From Mytilus trossulus (lineage: Eukaryota): 64,000 bases of DNA. The stretch covers positions 65,782,001 through 65,846,000 of the forward strand of contig NC_086376.1 of assembly GCF_036588685.1 (NCBI RefSeq). The letters run 5' to 3'. Below are positions 25,146 to 38,200 of this stretch, piece after piece. Both the position numbers and the translations under genes were made by a program. Each line of letters begins with the position of its first letter. Position 1 is the stretch's first letter. The notes under the pieces are model-generated. The model did no database searches. It was not told where the DNA came from and worked only from the letters and a program-made list of their open reading frames with translations.

Positions 25146-27261
25146 TAATTTCCCCGTTTAGAAAACAGCGAGGTGATGTGTTCATTCAGGATAACTAAAT
25201 GTATCTATTAAAAGCTTAATGGGGGGATGAGCAATTGCAGGTTACTGTGCGGCTTCGACAATCTACAAAACCCATCAAGTACAATTAGCTGTATCAGGCC
25301 CTTATAGATATCAGAATACAGAAAAAAACGTCTTTTACACTAGTGATTCAGGTTTTTGACCGAACAATACTTCACTACTAGTTTCATGTACTTTTATTGT
25401 CGCTCTGTTGGAGATACGTTCATATAACCAACAACCTCCTTGATATAACAAAGCAATACTTTAAATAATAACATTCTGTGACATAAAAGATGAGGAAAAC
25501 CAATAGACAAATATGAAATAAAGTCTTTATTCTGTTGTTTACTAATTCGGGAAGTAACATACTTAAGTTTTTAAGCTTACTAGATACGAGATGATAAATT
25601 GTTTTTGATAAATAAATTCCAAACAGATGTTATTTGAGTACAGGGAGCGATGCACTAAACGGCACGTTTACATCAGCATATCCGTGATTGATAAAAATTA
25701 TATAATCATTAACAAAAAAAATGATCAAAGTCCAAATTCATTCACACCCTTTTTTTTTTTTTTTATCAAATCAACAACTCTCACTTTGGGTATAATCTAG
25801 TCCAAAATTGCTCTGAAACCCTTCTAGACCGACTTGTTTGGACCGCGTCCTTTAGTATACAAATTACACGCTAAACCTTTAGAGGGGCAACATATGTCAA
25901 CTACACTGTACTACATGTGTAAGTATAAGAGCAAGAGCACATACAAATAACTGAAAATAAGTAAAAATCTTGAAGAAAACGAACTAAAAATATGAAATAA
26001 GGATGGGAAAGGGGGTCCATGTTCCAAACACTTATAAAAAAAAACTGATATCTAGCTGACGATAAGGCAATATGCGATTGTAACTAGTTTATAACTTCTG
26101 TCAGAGAACCAGGGTAGTGCGATGTTTTTTCAAGTAACTGTTCGCTATCGTAATGACATTTGACACAGATATAAGTGGATTAGTTATGGACATCTGAAAA
26201 AAGCACTTAAAAATGTTTTTTCCAGTAACTATTTCATTTTATCACGGTTTTATCAATAAGTCAATTAAAATAGCGACTAATGTTTTTAAAATAGTTGAAT
26301 AAAAAAAAAATGAATAATGGTAGTTATAGCGAGAAATGTCTTGTAACTAATTTAATTTAAATTAACTTGATGTATTGAATTCAGGGTTTCAAATGACATA
26401 CCAACTTCGGGATCAGATCTTCAAGAAAAAATAATATATTTATTCATTGATGAAACCATTCAAAGGTACAACAGTATATATATATGTGGGTAATGGAGCT
26501 TTGATAACGCTGAACATAGCTAAAGAAAAGTCTACAAAAACACGAGGCTAAAAATTATCCTTCAGACTGCAATTAACACTTAACATTAATATATATCAAT
26601 GCTTCTGGTGTACTTTAATATAAAATAGCTGATAAAAAGCAGCTATGCAAATTATACATATTAAATATGTGTGAATGATAAATTATGCAATAATAACAAT
26701 TTAAAAACAGCTGCTTTATATGCTTGAATGTTCATACAAAATATACTCGTGCTCGTATATATTTTGTATACTAAATATATGACAAACGTTAAGCATTCAT
26801 AAAGGCCACCGTATTCTTGAACAGCGGTACAAAAATAACCTAAAACAGTTTTGGAGTAGAGGGAAAAACAAGTTTAACAGGGCTGAAGAATACGTACATA
26901 CATACGATAAATATGACCGTGAATATCGGACAACTGACCTCATGGCTACTATAAAGTATTTAATTATGAATAAGGCGTCAATGATAAAAGGTCCATTAAT
27001 GGTCAACTCTCCTCTGGAAATACTTACGTTACCATTACAAATTAATTGATTGTTATAAAATGTTTGTCTGGTGTCGTGTCAATCTATCTATTGTTTATTC
27101 AAGATGACAATTATACATACAAACAGAATATATAATGAATTAATTTGAGCTGGCATGTTCTCACGAAAAAAATGTTTGGTAATGATAAAAAATGCATCTG
27201 AAAAAAAAGTGCGAAAATTTATTAAATGTAAAATGTTTGTTTCTTGTTTATTCTATATAAG

Positions 27262-27575
27262 CTTAAGGTATAGGGCAGATTTCACAACATGTTAACTCCA
27301 CCGCATGTTTGCGCCTGTCCCAAGTTAGGAGCCTCTGGTTTTTGTTAGTCGTGTATGTTTTTTTTAAATTTTAGTTCATTTATACGTTTTAAGGTTTTTT
27401 GTGACGTCCAATTTCATTGAGCTGGTAAACATTTTGTTAAGGGACCAGGTGAAGCCAGTCTCCGGCTTGCGGGATTTTTTCGCTGTGTTGGAGACTATTT
27501 GGTGGACTTCGGCTGTTTTCAGCTCTTTGGTCGGGTTATTGTCTCTGACACATTCCCCATTTTCATTCTCAATTC
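27262..27575 (+). repeat. Interspersed SINE-like repeat; partial copies at 55552-55682 and 9315-9350
   Basis: Shared 3' end GTTGTTGTCTCTTTGACACATTCCCCATTTCCATTCTCAA at three positions. Confidence 0.6.
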
Positions 27576-28099
27576 AATAGTAAACATGTATACGCAATAG
27601 ATGCTTTTGGAAACTTAATCAGCAATTGTACATCTGAATGCAGCCGACTTGGCTCAAAAGTGTATATGAGCATGACTGACGTGGCGCTCTGTTTTTGCAA
27701 GATATACATATTCATTTGAAACAGAGACATGATTAACAATTTATCACGACTCTGTTTGAATACTAATTGTCAAGGGAAATATTCACAATTTTCATTCCAG
27801 ACAAGTAAATATTCTCATGCAATATTCATTACTAACAATTTAGAAATGTATATTAATTTGGCAGTTTACACCTGTAATACTGGAATGTGGTCACAAGGCC
27901 ATTATCAGGTTGTTGTCTTTTATCTGTTACCTGACAGATGGTAATATTATACGGGCAATAACAATCATGTTGACTGATAACCGTCTTTGCTGTTTACACC
28001 TTTTGTATGTTTAATTACATTGGCATAGAAAAAACATTGTTAGAATCTACAAAAAAGGTGAATTGTATATATATTATGGTAAAAAAACAGAAATAAGTG

Positions 28100-29222
28100 A
28101 TGGAGAACCCATCAAGTAAGAAGACTTCTCGGCTGCAGAAGAGACAAGTCTTCAATAATTTGTCTTATCTGGTTTTAGTCTTAAGCGAACTAAGTATATA
28201 CTAAGATTGTGAAAGGAATGTTACATGTAACTGTTAAATTAGGAGATACATTTCAATGAGAATGACAGGGTAATGGAAATATGGTCACTTTCTTCAACCA
28301 TCAACCGCCTTGTCAAAGAGGAGCGCCGTTTGACTATGTGGAATGTACAAGTACGTAACCCGGCACGTCCGATTATGAAGATGAAGTTAAATCTGATTCC
28401 TCATGATCATGTAAAGAGAGTGCCACGCTCTCTACATAAAAAAAACCAAAGAAACCTTGCAATAACAGTATCTGTATGATAACACCTCATTAAAGGGTCC
28501 ACACAGGCTAAATTTCTGTCCCTATTCAATGCCCTCGTTTTCCAGTGACATTCCAAATTTCTCTTCTTTCATCCCAAATGTCCACTATTACAGGATCTAT
28601 TTATTGTATTCATTGTTGATTGGTGCTAGTGCTTAAAATGTTTGCCACTGAACGTTAATCAACCAACAATCAATCATCACTTCAAACAATATCTTTTATC
28701 CCCTACTAGTAAAATTCTATCAATAACTTGGTGTCGCTGTAATATGAGTGTGCATTGAACGCGCGAAGAAGGATACATTTTGTCTCTCTATTCAAATCTA
28801 AAACGAAAGATCTTGTATAAATTTGTGCAAATGATGAGAATTTAAAACAAATAATCTTGTATTTTGGTTATAAACGAGAAAAATTAGAAAACTATCAAAA
28901 TTGCAAATAACTATTCAAGCATTTTACTTTGTAATGACTATAAAGGTGATAAATGCTAATATATACAGGCTCCTCTATTAATAACTGCTGTTTCCTTTGA
29001 ATCTTAAATATGAAATAAGATAAAACAAACGTTTGCGTTAATTCGCAAAGGTTTTCGTTACAATGCAAAGATAGGAAGAAATATTTAAATTACAAATTTG
29101 TGGCGCTAATACACTTCAATAATTAAGAATATTTGCCTGGCAGTAATATTTTATTTACTAGTAATCTGTTTCATTGATGTTTTTTTTAACTCTGCTCTGG
29201 CGGAGGCTCAAAACAGAATAAA
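28100..29222 (+). other. Candidate 5' coding exons of the voltage-sensor gene (28100-28115 and 29162-29222)
   Basis: ATG GAG AAC CCA TCA A|gtaag (phase 1), then ttttatttactag|61 nt|gtgagt (phase 1 to 2), would splice in frame to the exon at 32257, giving MENPSIICFIDVFFNSALAEAQNRIKCCRS. Supported only by splice signals and phase, not by homology. Confidence 0.3.
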
Positions 29223-31489
29223 GTGAGTATATCCATATTTATATGATTGTCAAAAATTATTTGTATCTCTCAATTATATTACTAAAAAGAAGGGAGAACC
29301 ACTGTAATAAATTACTTTTCTCAACATGGGCCCTTTAATTGGAATAAACAATCTTTATCTTTATCTTTATCATTTGTACTTAGTCAGAATGTTCTCGCAC
29401 TCGCTGTAGGCAAAATATAGTTACATAGTTATAACAAAATCTTCGGGTGTGAGTTAGAGGTTAATTCGATTGTTCTGATACATGTAATGTGTAGATAGAC
29501 GTATAAATACAAGACGTATAATTCACTCAGGGATTTATCACACCAGCAACAATACAATTACAGTTCATGAACATCTTAAGTATGAAAGGAAAATCTTCTT
29601 AGGATGGACATATATTATAGTTTTTAAATTTATATGATATGTAAGCCTTGTTTATTACGAATAGATTTAACATGTTTAAGACTTGTTGCGTTGAAACTTT
29701 CGGTATGTTAGCATTAAAACTGACAACTGGGATTATGAATTGTAAAAACCGGTTAACATTATATTGGGTACTATAGAAAACTTATATTTAGTATATTTAT
29801 TTTATCTCTTTATAAGGGAGGCCATGTCTAAGGGACGGACAGTTGATATAAATAAATATACTAATTTAGTCCCTTACAGTTTCCAGTTTCATAATTAACA
29901 AACGATGTGTACTGTAAATAAAAGTAATTGTCATACTGAAAACTACACGAAGAGATATAATATAGTACCATATATGTATCTGGCAACTGTAACAATACAC
30001 ATGTTTAATACCAACCTATGAAATTGAACTGTGATGTCATTGCGTTTATTAATGTTTAAGAAATCTAATGCGTTTACAATTTGCTTTGATCCACGGAATG
30101 ACATTTAAGAATAAAGTAATGAAATTTAATAAATTCGAAAGTACCTATATTACATCTGGTAAGTTCGTTCTGTGCTATATTAGGGTTTCAATTAATATTT
30201 GTGCATTTTCTTCAGAGAAAGATGCCTTTTGTTTGTTAAAAACACATTAATATATATTATTTCGACACAATTGTAGTAAGGGTTGACCCTGGACGTATGA
30301 ATTATGAAACAATTTATTTTAATTTGTAATCTGAATTAAATTTTAAGACATTTGAGATGTATAATTAAAATCAATATGACCGTTTTTGTCCCAAAATATT
30401 CTACATGTGACATGTAGCAAATATTCACATGCCAAACCCTAACGACTTTTTTGTGAGAGAAAATAGAATGATTACTAATTGATTCATAAATAATAAATCT
30501 TACTCAAATATTTCTATTCTATCCTGTCATTATCCTTAAAAGTTCAGCCATATGGTGTTAATCATATACTAAGGTGACTAGACCTAGTTTGTACATGGTA
30601 ATACACTACTTACAGATATAATGACAATTACATGACCGGTTGATGACAAACAGTTTTTAAAATGTATCAATATTGTCATAGTGTGTCGGTGTAAATATAT
30701 ATATATATGGCATGATCATTGCTGTCTCCTAACTTCTGTTGCCCATTTGGTGGTGTGACATCCCCCTTTCCATCCAGTCCTGATTTTGATGGTATTGCGT
30801 ATCGTTCAAATCTACAATTCGTTTGCGCGTTAATATATATAGATACAAGAAGATGGGATATGAGTTCCAATGGGTCATTTCTCTTTCCAAGATACAATTT
30901 GTAGAAGTAAACCATTATAGGTCAAAGTACGGTCTTTAACACGGAGCACACCGAACAGCAAGCTATAAAGGGCTCCAAAATGACTACTGTAAAACCATTC
31001 AAACAGGCCTTGACAACCAACGGCCTTATCTATATAAAAAAAAAAGAGAAACGAGAAACACATAAGAACCACTTCAACAAACAACAATCCCTGATTTTTT
31101 TAGTGTCATTGAGTTAATATTATTGCTTGGTATGTTTTTGTTCTTTAGATTTTCTACCCCCCCCCCCCTTTTAATCTTGTTTGTTCGATATATCTCCCTC
31201 CATGTGAATTATTTATTGCTACATACAAGTCAGTGAACTTACAGTACTTCAATAACAAAGAAGTTCCCTAAGAGTTTTTATTAGATCACTGCCATACAAT
31301 AAAGCTTGAAGTTGTAATCATTTAATCTTGACTGCGTGTAAAATAGTTATGTTAAAATAACTAGAAACAATTGTATTCTGCATGCTATTTTGTATTTGGG
31401 TTAAACTACGTCTAAATTGAAAAATGTATTTTATGTAATCTGTTAATTTTTCATTTATATGAAATGACTTATATCAAAATATTTATTGA

Positions 31490-31745
31490 AGTCAATGTTA
31501 CCAGCATTGAGACAGTTTAAAATAATAGCTAGTTACAATTTAATGTTGCCAATACAGTTTTCATTCTATATAACCAAAGATCAAGTCATAACTTTAAGTT
31601 GTCAAAGAGCAAGTTATAATTCAAAGTTGTCAATAGCCAGTTATGATTTAATATTGCGATAATTGAGCCAGTTATAATTCAATGTAGCTTATGCCGAATC
31701 AGTTACAATTCAAAGTTGCTAGAATTGATCTGTTATAACTTCTAA
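31490..31745. repeat. Degenerate ~25-30 bp tandem repeat
   Basis: Recurring AGTTA(C/T)AATT(C/T)AA(A/T)GTTG units. Confidence 0.45.
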
Positions 31746-32256
31746 CACTATAACGCTTGGGGGATGGACCCCAGCTTTTTCTAAATATTTTGTTTGTGTA
31801 TATGTTGTTTTTTTTTAGAAAATGGTCTATAATATTTTAACTTATTGAATATGTTCTGCTCTTTTTCATACGGTTTTACAATAGTTTAGAAATTTGGACC
31901 CTCCATTGTGGAAAACAGAAAATGAGGGTCAAAATTTATAAAACATAGTATGGTATGGACAAAAGCAGGACAAAATATTTGAATTTCATTTTATTATGTC
32001 ATATCAAGAACATACTGCGTGAAATAATTTGAAATCAAATTTAAATTTGAATTTATTTTTTTCACTTCCCGTATCTATCATGAAATTCCTCTTACATGTA
32101 AATGTCAAGTCTTTTAAACAGGAAACGTTTTCTATTTACAACTTTTGAATAAATTTATTGAATAGTTCCTGCATATTTAGACAACATTCAAACCATAATG
32201 AGCATACCCCACACATAGTAACAATTGTATTAAAGTAGTTTCATTTGCCCCCACAG

Positions 32257-35200
32257 GTGTTGTCGATCTCTGAAGACATTTATAAGAGGATTATGTGTTG
32301 AGTGTACCATTATAGCACTGACAGTTGTTGACATATTTTTCATAACAGTAGAATTATTGATCAGAGCAGAAGTTTTGCAAGGTAAGGATTTAGATTTTAG
32401 AAAAACAAGAAACATCAATGGCTTAAGCAAACAGATTTAATCTTAATCTGATATAGAGATTATTGACTAATGTGTATGCAGGTGTCAATGATGCAGTTCA
32501 TTTCTACATTCCTCATGCATATTATATCATGTTTATTGTGGGAGTTGAATATATAACAAAGTGTATACAAGTATATAAATAATATCATGGTAGCTGCTTA
32601 AAGAGTCTCTTATCAGCCAAATTATCTATTAAATGTGATAGAAGTGCCATGTAAGCGAGAGGTTTAACAAGCCATAAAACCAGGTTCAACTCAGTTTTTT
32701 TCTTTAAATGTCCGGTTACAAATTGGAGATATGGCAGTGGTTATCTGATACTTCCATTTCTATTTATGTTGGCGTTTGTTTTTGTTTCGCTTCAGTGTTT
32801 CAGTTGTTCCGTTGTTTTCCTCTTCTAGATGGATTGTTTCCTTCAGGTTTAGTTTGTAACCCGCATTTGTTTTATCTGAATCGATTTATGAACAGGGGTT
32901 TTCTACTGTTGCCTTTAACGATATGCAAAAAATAAGCACTGTAAATAATAATACAGCCTTTTCCAGTAAAATCAGAAAAATCAAGAGGAACACGATGATT
33001 ATTTTGCTGCTTTTATGTCAGTTGTTTTATAGATATAATTGTTTAATGCATTATTATGGGTGAACTGTTGTGACTTTGCTCTTCAACTTGAATCAGTGGC
33101 GAGGTTGATACTTACTTTTACCTTTGGCCTTAAATTATAAGAACTGATTTCGTAGCATAGTATTGATGACAAATAAACTTTATATACCATGTACGCGAAT
33201 ATGTTAATCTGATGTGACAGTTATAATAAGTATGACCAAAGTTGAAATAACATAAACTAAACATTCGAGCGAAAAGAGTCATCACGAAAGGAATGGTGAC
33301 AACCTAGCATATATATTGTGAATACAAAGACTTGTAATCTCCTTTAAATGTATTTGGTTTGTACCATCCATTGTAGAAAACAATACCATGCATGTCAGGA
33401 ATATGGCAGTTTTTTTTCAAGATGTTTGTTTTTATGTATGTTAGCGTTTGTTTTTGTTGCACTTCAGTGTTTCTGTTGTTCCGTTGTTTTCCTCTTATAG
33501 ACTATAGTTGATGTGTTTTGTCTCAATCGATTTATGACTTTCGAACAAAGGTGAGGCCTTTATTTGTAGTATTTGTATACGATACTTCAATGAAGCACAA
33601 ATTAACTAGGCTGACGTGATGATGTTTATTAAACATTTAATTTATGTACAGTCCAATGTTGCTAGATTTTCCCATTTGCTCTTAATATCTTTTCTTAAAG
33701 TTCAAATTGATAAAATCATATCATAGTCCATCAAAGTACAAATTATTACAATTTTTAGAAAATCACATATCACCTATAAGATGACCGAATAGCACGTGGA
33801 GATAGATGATATCATACATATAAACAGAGCAGATAATTATATTTACCAGGATTAGATATAAATGTAATTCCTCTTACTTGTTTAACGTTACGGTCAGTGA
33901 CAAATAGTTCATAGATATTCAGAACGATCAATGTTTAAGAAGCTCTATTCAATATATTTTTGGTTTGCTTAATCAATAAGCAAGCTTTTAATCTGTATTC
34001 TATAAACTTGCTACATTTGAAATAAAAAAAATAAACATTAAACTAAATGGAAACAATGATTCCATATTGCATTAGTATTTCACATGTTTTGCTTCCTTTA
34101 ATATATCAAACATACTGATATTTAAAAAAAAATCTACAGCTGTCATGACTGTCTGCATTTAATTCATAGACATTCGATATCTTATAACTTTTGCCACATT
34201 TTTAATACTGTAACTCCAATATAGCGTGTATAATATCTCGGAAGATAATTGTTTGTTTTAATTTAATTTAATTGTTTCCAAAAAAATATTTTTTGTTTTT
34301 GTTTCAGATCCTTCTGAAAGCAAGCCAATAGATTATCTTAGTAGTCAAAGTTCTAACACAACAGCGCAGAATGATATTGATCCAGGAGGAGGTTGTCGTA
34401 CATGTAATTTTGATACGTCTCTTGGGGCTGCATACTGTGTCTCACATTACATAAGTTTAGTTATAGCTATGATCTTCTTTATAGAGGTAAGAATGGTTAC
34501 TACAAATACAATGCATGCACCATCTTCATTATTATATCAAGTCATTATCAGTTGGAACTGATTTAAATTCTAAATACCACAAGCCAACACAACTAAGGTT
34601 ATACGGGCTGTAGTGGTACCATCCACATTTTACTAGCTTATACAGATTGTTTGATTGATTCTTGGTTGCTTCAAGTTAACGTAAAGTGGCAAATATTTCA
34701 TGCATGTACAGGACGAAGCTTATGAAGAGCAGCGGTCAAGTGAATGATATACCTGTATATAGATATATATGAATATCATGTGTTAGGTCAATTTTGATTA
34801 ATTTTTATTTCTGGCTACTTAAGTTCGGTAAACACGGAAATGTGGTATGATTGTCAATGAGAAAGTTATCCACCATCGACCGTCAAAATGACGTAGATGT
34901 TTAAACTTATCGGTCGTCCCACTGTCTATATCACTCTGTTCAGCTCTTAATATTATTCCGTATCATGTCTTTGTGACGTCAAATACGTTGACCCGGTCTT
35001 AATAACTTTGACCCGGACTTATCAGCGACGTCATAATGTTTGAACCGACGTTAATAACTTTGACCCCAACTTATCAAGTCATCTTTTGAGTGCTGGTGAA
35101 ACAAAGAAAACACTTCCGAAACACACAAATATAGCCCGATAAATCGATTATCAGATTATCTGCATATTGATATTGTAAAATATCAGCTGCTTGACATAAT

Positions 35201-38200
35201 ATGAAGGCTTTTTGATCTCGTTCGCTACGCTCACTCGACAAAAAGCTTCATATTATGTCTCGCAGCTGATATTTTACGATATCAACATGCAGATAACCTG
35301 ATAATCGGTACATATTTTTCAAAACATTTTAAAACATTTTTGTTTTTTATATGACAATTTAGAGCATAAGAGATGTTTTCCCCCAATTCGATTACCTAAT
35401 GGCATTTTTTCTTCTTTTTTTCAGTTATTATTCCGATTTGTAACCGGCTGTTCAAAAATGTGTAAAGATGTAATACAGGTAATCTAAAGTATATTTATTA
35501 ACCTTATTTTGTTAATATAGCACGAAAATGTTCCTTTCGGTTCAATGCAGAGACCTCTCTATTTTAACAAACTTGATCATGACAATTGAAATAGTATCAA
35601 ATATCACACTCTTACTATACTATACAAGTGTGGACACAGATCAGTTTTGGTTGGAATTTTCAATTTACGTTTAAAATATGTTCGACATTATTATCATCAC
35701 CGCGAATTTTTCCTCACCGAATTTATGTATTGTTACTTTACCATATAAATGTCACTCTTATAAAAAAAATTATATCTATCGCAACTCGTGTGCTCGTCTT
35801 TATAAGGATAACAAAATCCGAGATCTACATTTAATTATACGAAAAAAACCACTAATGCACTGAACCCGTGATCTTTAAGAAATGTTATTTCCACAAGCTG
35901 CTAACTTCCTTTACTGTTTATGAAATTGCTGTATGAATATTTATATGGTTATTGATATACATATAGAGGGTATATAAGACGGCATGAGTTCATATCTTGC
36001 TAAGTATTTTCAAGTTTCATCGCACTTTCAGTAACAGCGAACAATCTTTGTAACGATATTATATTTTAAAACCTGCATTATGTGGTTGTGGTTGTGATTA
36101 TCTGATATATATACCGTTATTTCAGAGTTCCGTGCTTCTCCCGTGCGATTTCTTATATGTATTCTATAAGAGCCTTTTGTTAGTAAATTCGTCGAAATTT
36201 AATGAGAGAGGGATGCAATCTAAAGAAAGAAGAGCAATTCTAGCCCCACCACATATTCATATGCCTGACCATGCTGCAGGGTCAGAAGCATCGTTATGGA
36301 CGATCTGTCTTAATGACATGTACGTGAAACCTAAAGATCTTATCATCTTTTATTTCAGCTGATAGACAGTTTTACAGTATTTAACCTTGCTGCTATTGAG
36401 GTGCTGTTCACAATATTTTGGGAGAAAACTTTGTGCTTTCATATAGCTATAGAAGCCATTACTTTTATAGTAGCACTAAGGTTGTTGCGAATACCAAAAG
36501 CCTGCAATGGTAGGTATACCTTTTATTCTAATGCAATAAGTTTGTAACGGCAATTTTCATTGGACGTTGACAAATATTTTGAGGGGTTATATTCCACGTT
36601 CTACCAGTCCGTAACTAAGAAAGCCACCATTTTGAATTCCGATATTTTTTGGGTATGTAATTTCCTCGTAATTTCTCAAAAAATAAACAAGATAGTCACA
36701 TTCTGAGCCTTAAAATCTTCTTTTTGTCTATATTGAAACCATTCTGAAGCGTACGCAAGGTAGAAATACGTTTCGTATTCATGTTAGACAACCAGAGCAT
36801 ACATATGACGTCACATTGTTTAAATGCTAAAGACGATGCAACAGTTTCGCGGAGTTTTTCATTTATGGCATTTTCAAGCCAAATATTTATTAAATGAAGT
36901 GTATGTTAATATGTGGCATTAGAATGGAGATAACTGTATTGTATTTTAAGCTTGGCCTTCGTAAAACTTGATTTTACTGTCGCAAATATCCGTTTACCTA
37001 TCTCCGCTCCGCGTCGCTAGGTAAACTCAATTTGCGACAGTAAAATCGACGTTTTACGAAGGCCAAGCTTAAAATACAATACAGTTATCTCCTAATTTTT
37101 GACTATCAGACATTTTAGGAAAATTTGAAATACCACGTTGCGCTCAGATATAAATTAAGTAACCAATAAATGATATGATTGACTTTCAATAATAAATGAA
37201 GATGAAAATAAATGCAAATATGTCAAAATTTGATAAGCTAAACAATTTGTTTATCTAGAAATTAATGCGAACTTTCATGTTTGCGAATCCTTGATCATTG
37301 CTAATATACGAAATTACATAAAAAAAATGATGAAAGTAAAACGATCCCTAAATTTTGAATGCATGTTTTATTATTGTGGCTGAACCTGATGCTGACGTAT
37401 TTTATTAAAACATTGCAACACTCTTTGAATTTAAAGTATTATACCATGCTAATATTTCTAAATTTTCATTCTAGTATTAAAAGAAGATTATTCTGAAAAG
37501 ATGGATTTGGAAGTGCATTATTTAAGCAAGGCCAAATCTAAAGCAGAAGAACGTTCAAGAGAGCTTGCTAATACAGTACAGAAGCAACAGGTAACTATAC
37601 AACCTATAGCATACGTTGTCAGTAATATCTGTACGCCACAAATTCATACACCTTGGAAATAAGGGGCAGGGTATGACAAAATATTAGACTTGCATTGATC
37701 TGCTCTTTACTATGTATGAAAAAATAAAAACCATAAACCCACAAATGAAAGAATATTTTTTATTTACAAAAGTAAAATAAATGGATGAATTTATCTTAAG
37801 GTATTCTAATTTCTCAATATACAGAACAAGTGGCTTTCTTTAAAAAAAAGAAGAGCAATACGTGAACCTAAGACCATGACTTGTCACTGAAAGATTGTTG
37901 TTGAATTTTTGTTTGCGTTTGAGCTAAAATAATTTACTGTAAATCGAATGAGACAATGATAATGTTAAACTTCCTTTATTAAAGCTATGTCCTTGTGTGC
38001 ACATACTTGCACAAGTTAGTTGAAAGTAATGTTAAATAGATATTAATAGAAAAAAGTAAATTTATAGATACTATTATTTGAATACGGTATATGCATTTTA
38101 AAGCTCGATTATTGTTTAAATCTCTTTTGAATGTACCCCCCCCCCCCAATCTTCTTGCAAATCCCAGTGTCTGTAAACCGGATGTCGGATGCAAATTGCA

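Noticed and set aside
28260-28480. Coding-like segment upstream of the voltage-sensor gene
   Set aside because: The most protein-like frame is interrupted by stops and there is no recognisable domain; probably decayed TE sequence.
30676-30915. Overlapping short ORFs on both strands
   Set aside because: No homology recognised and no phase-compatible splice sites; partly runs into an interspersed repeat.
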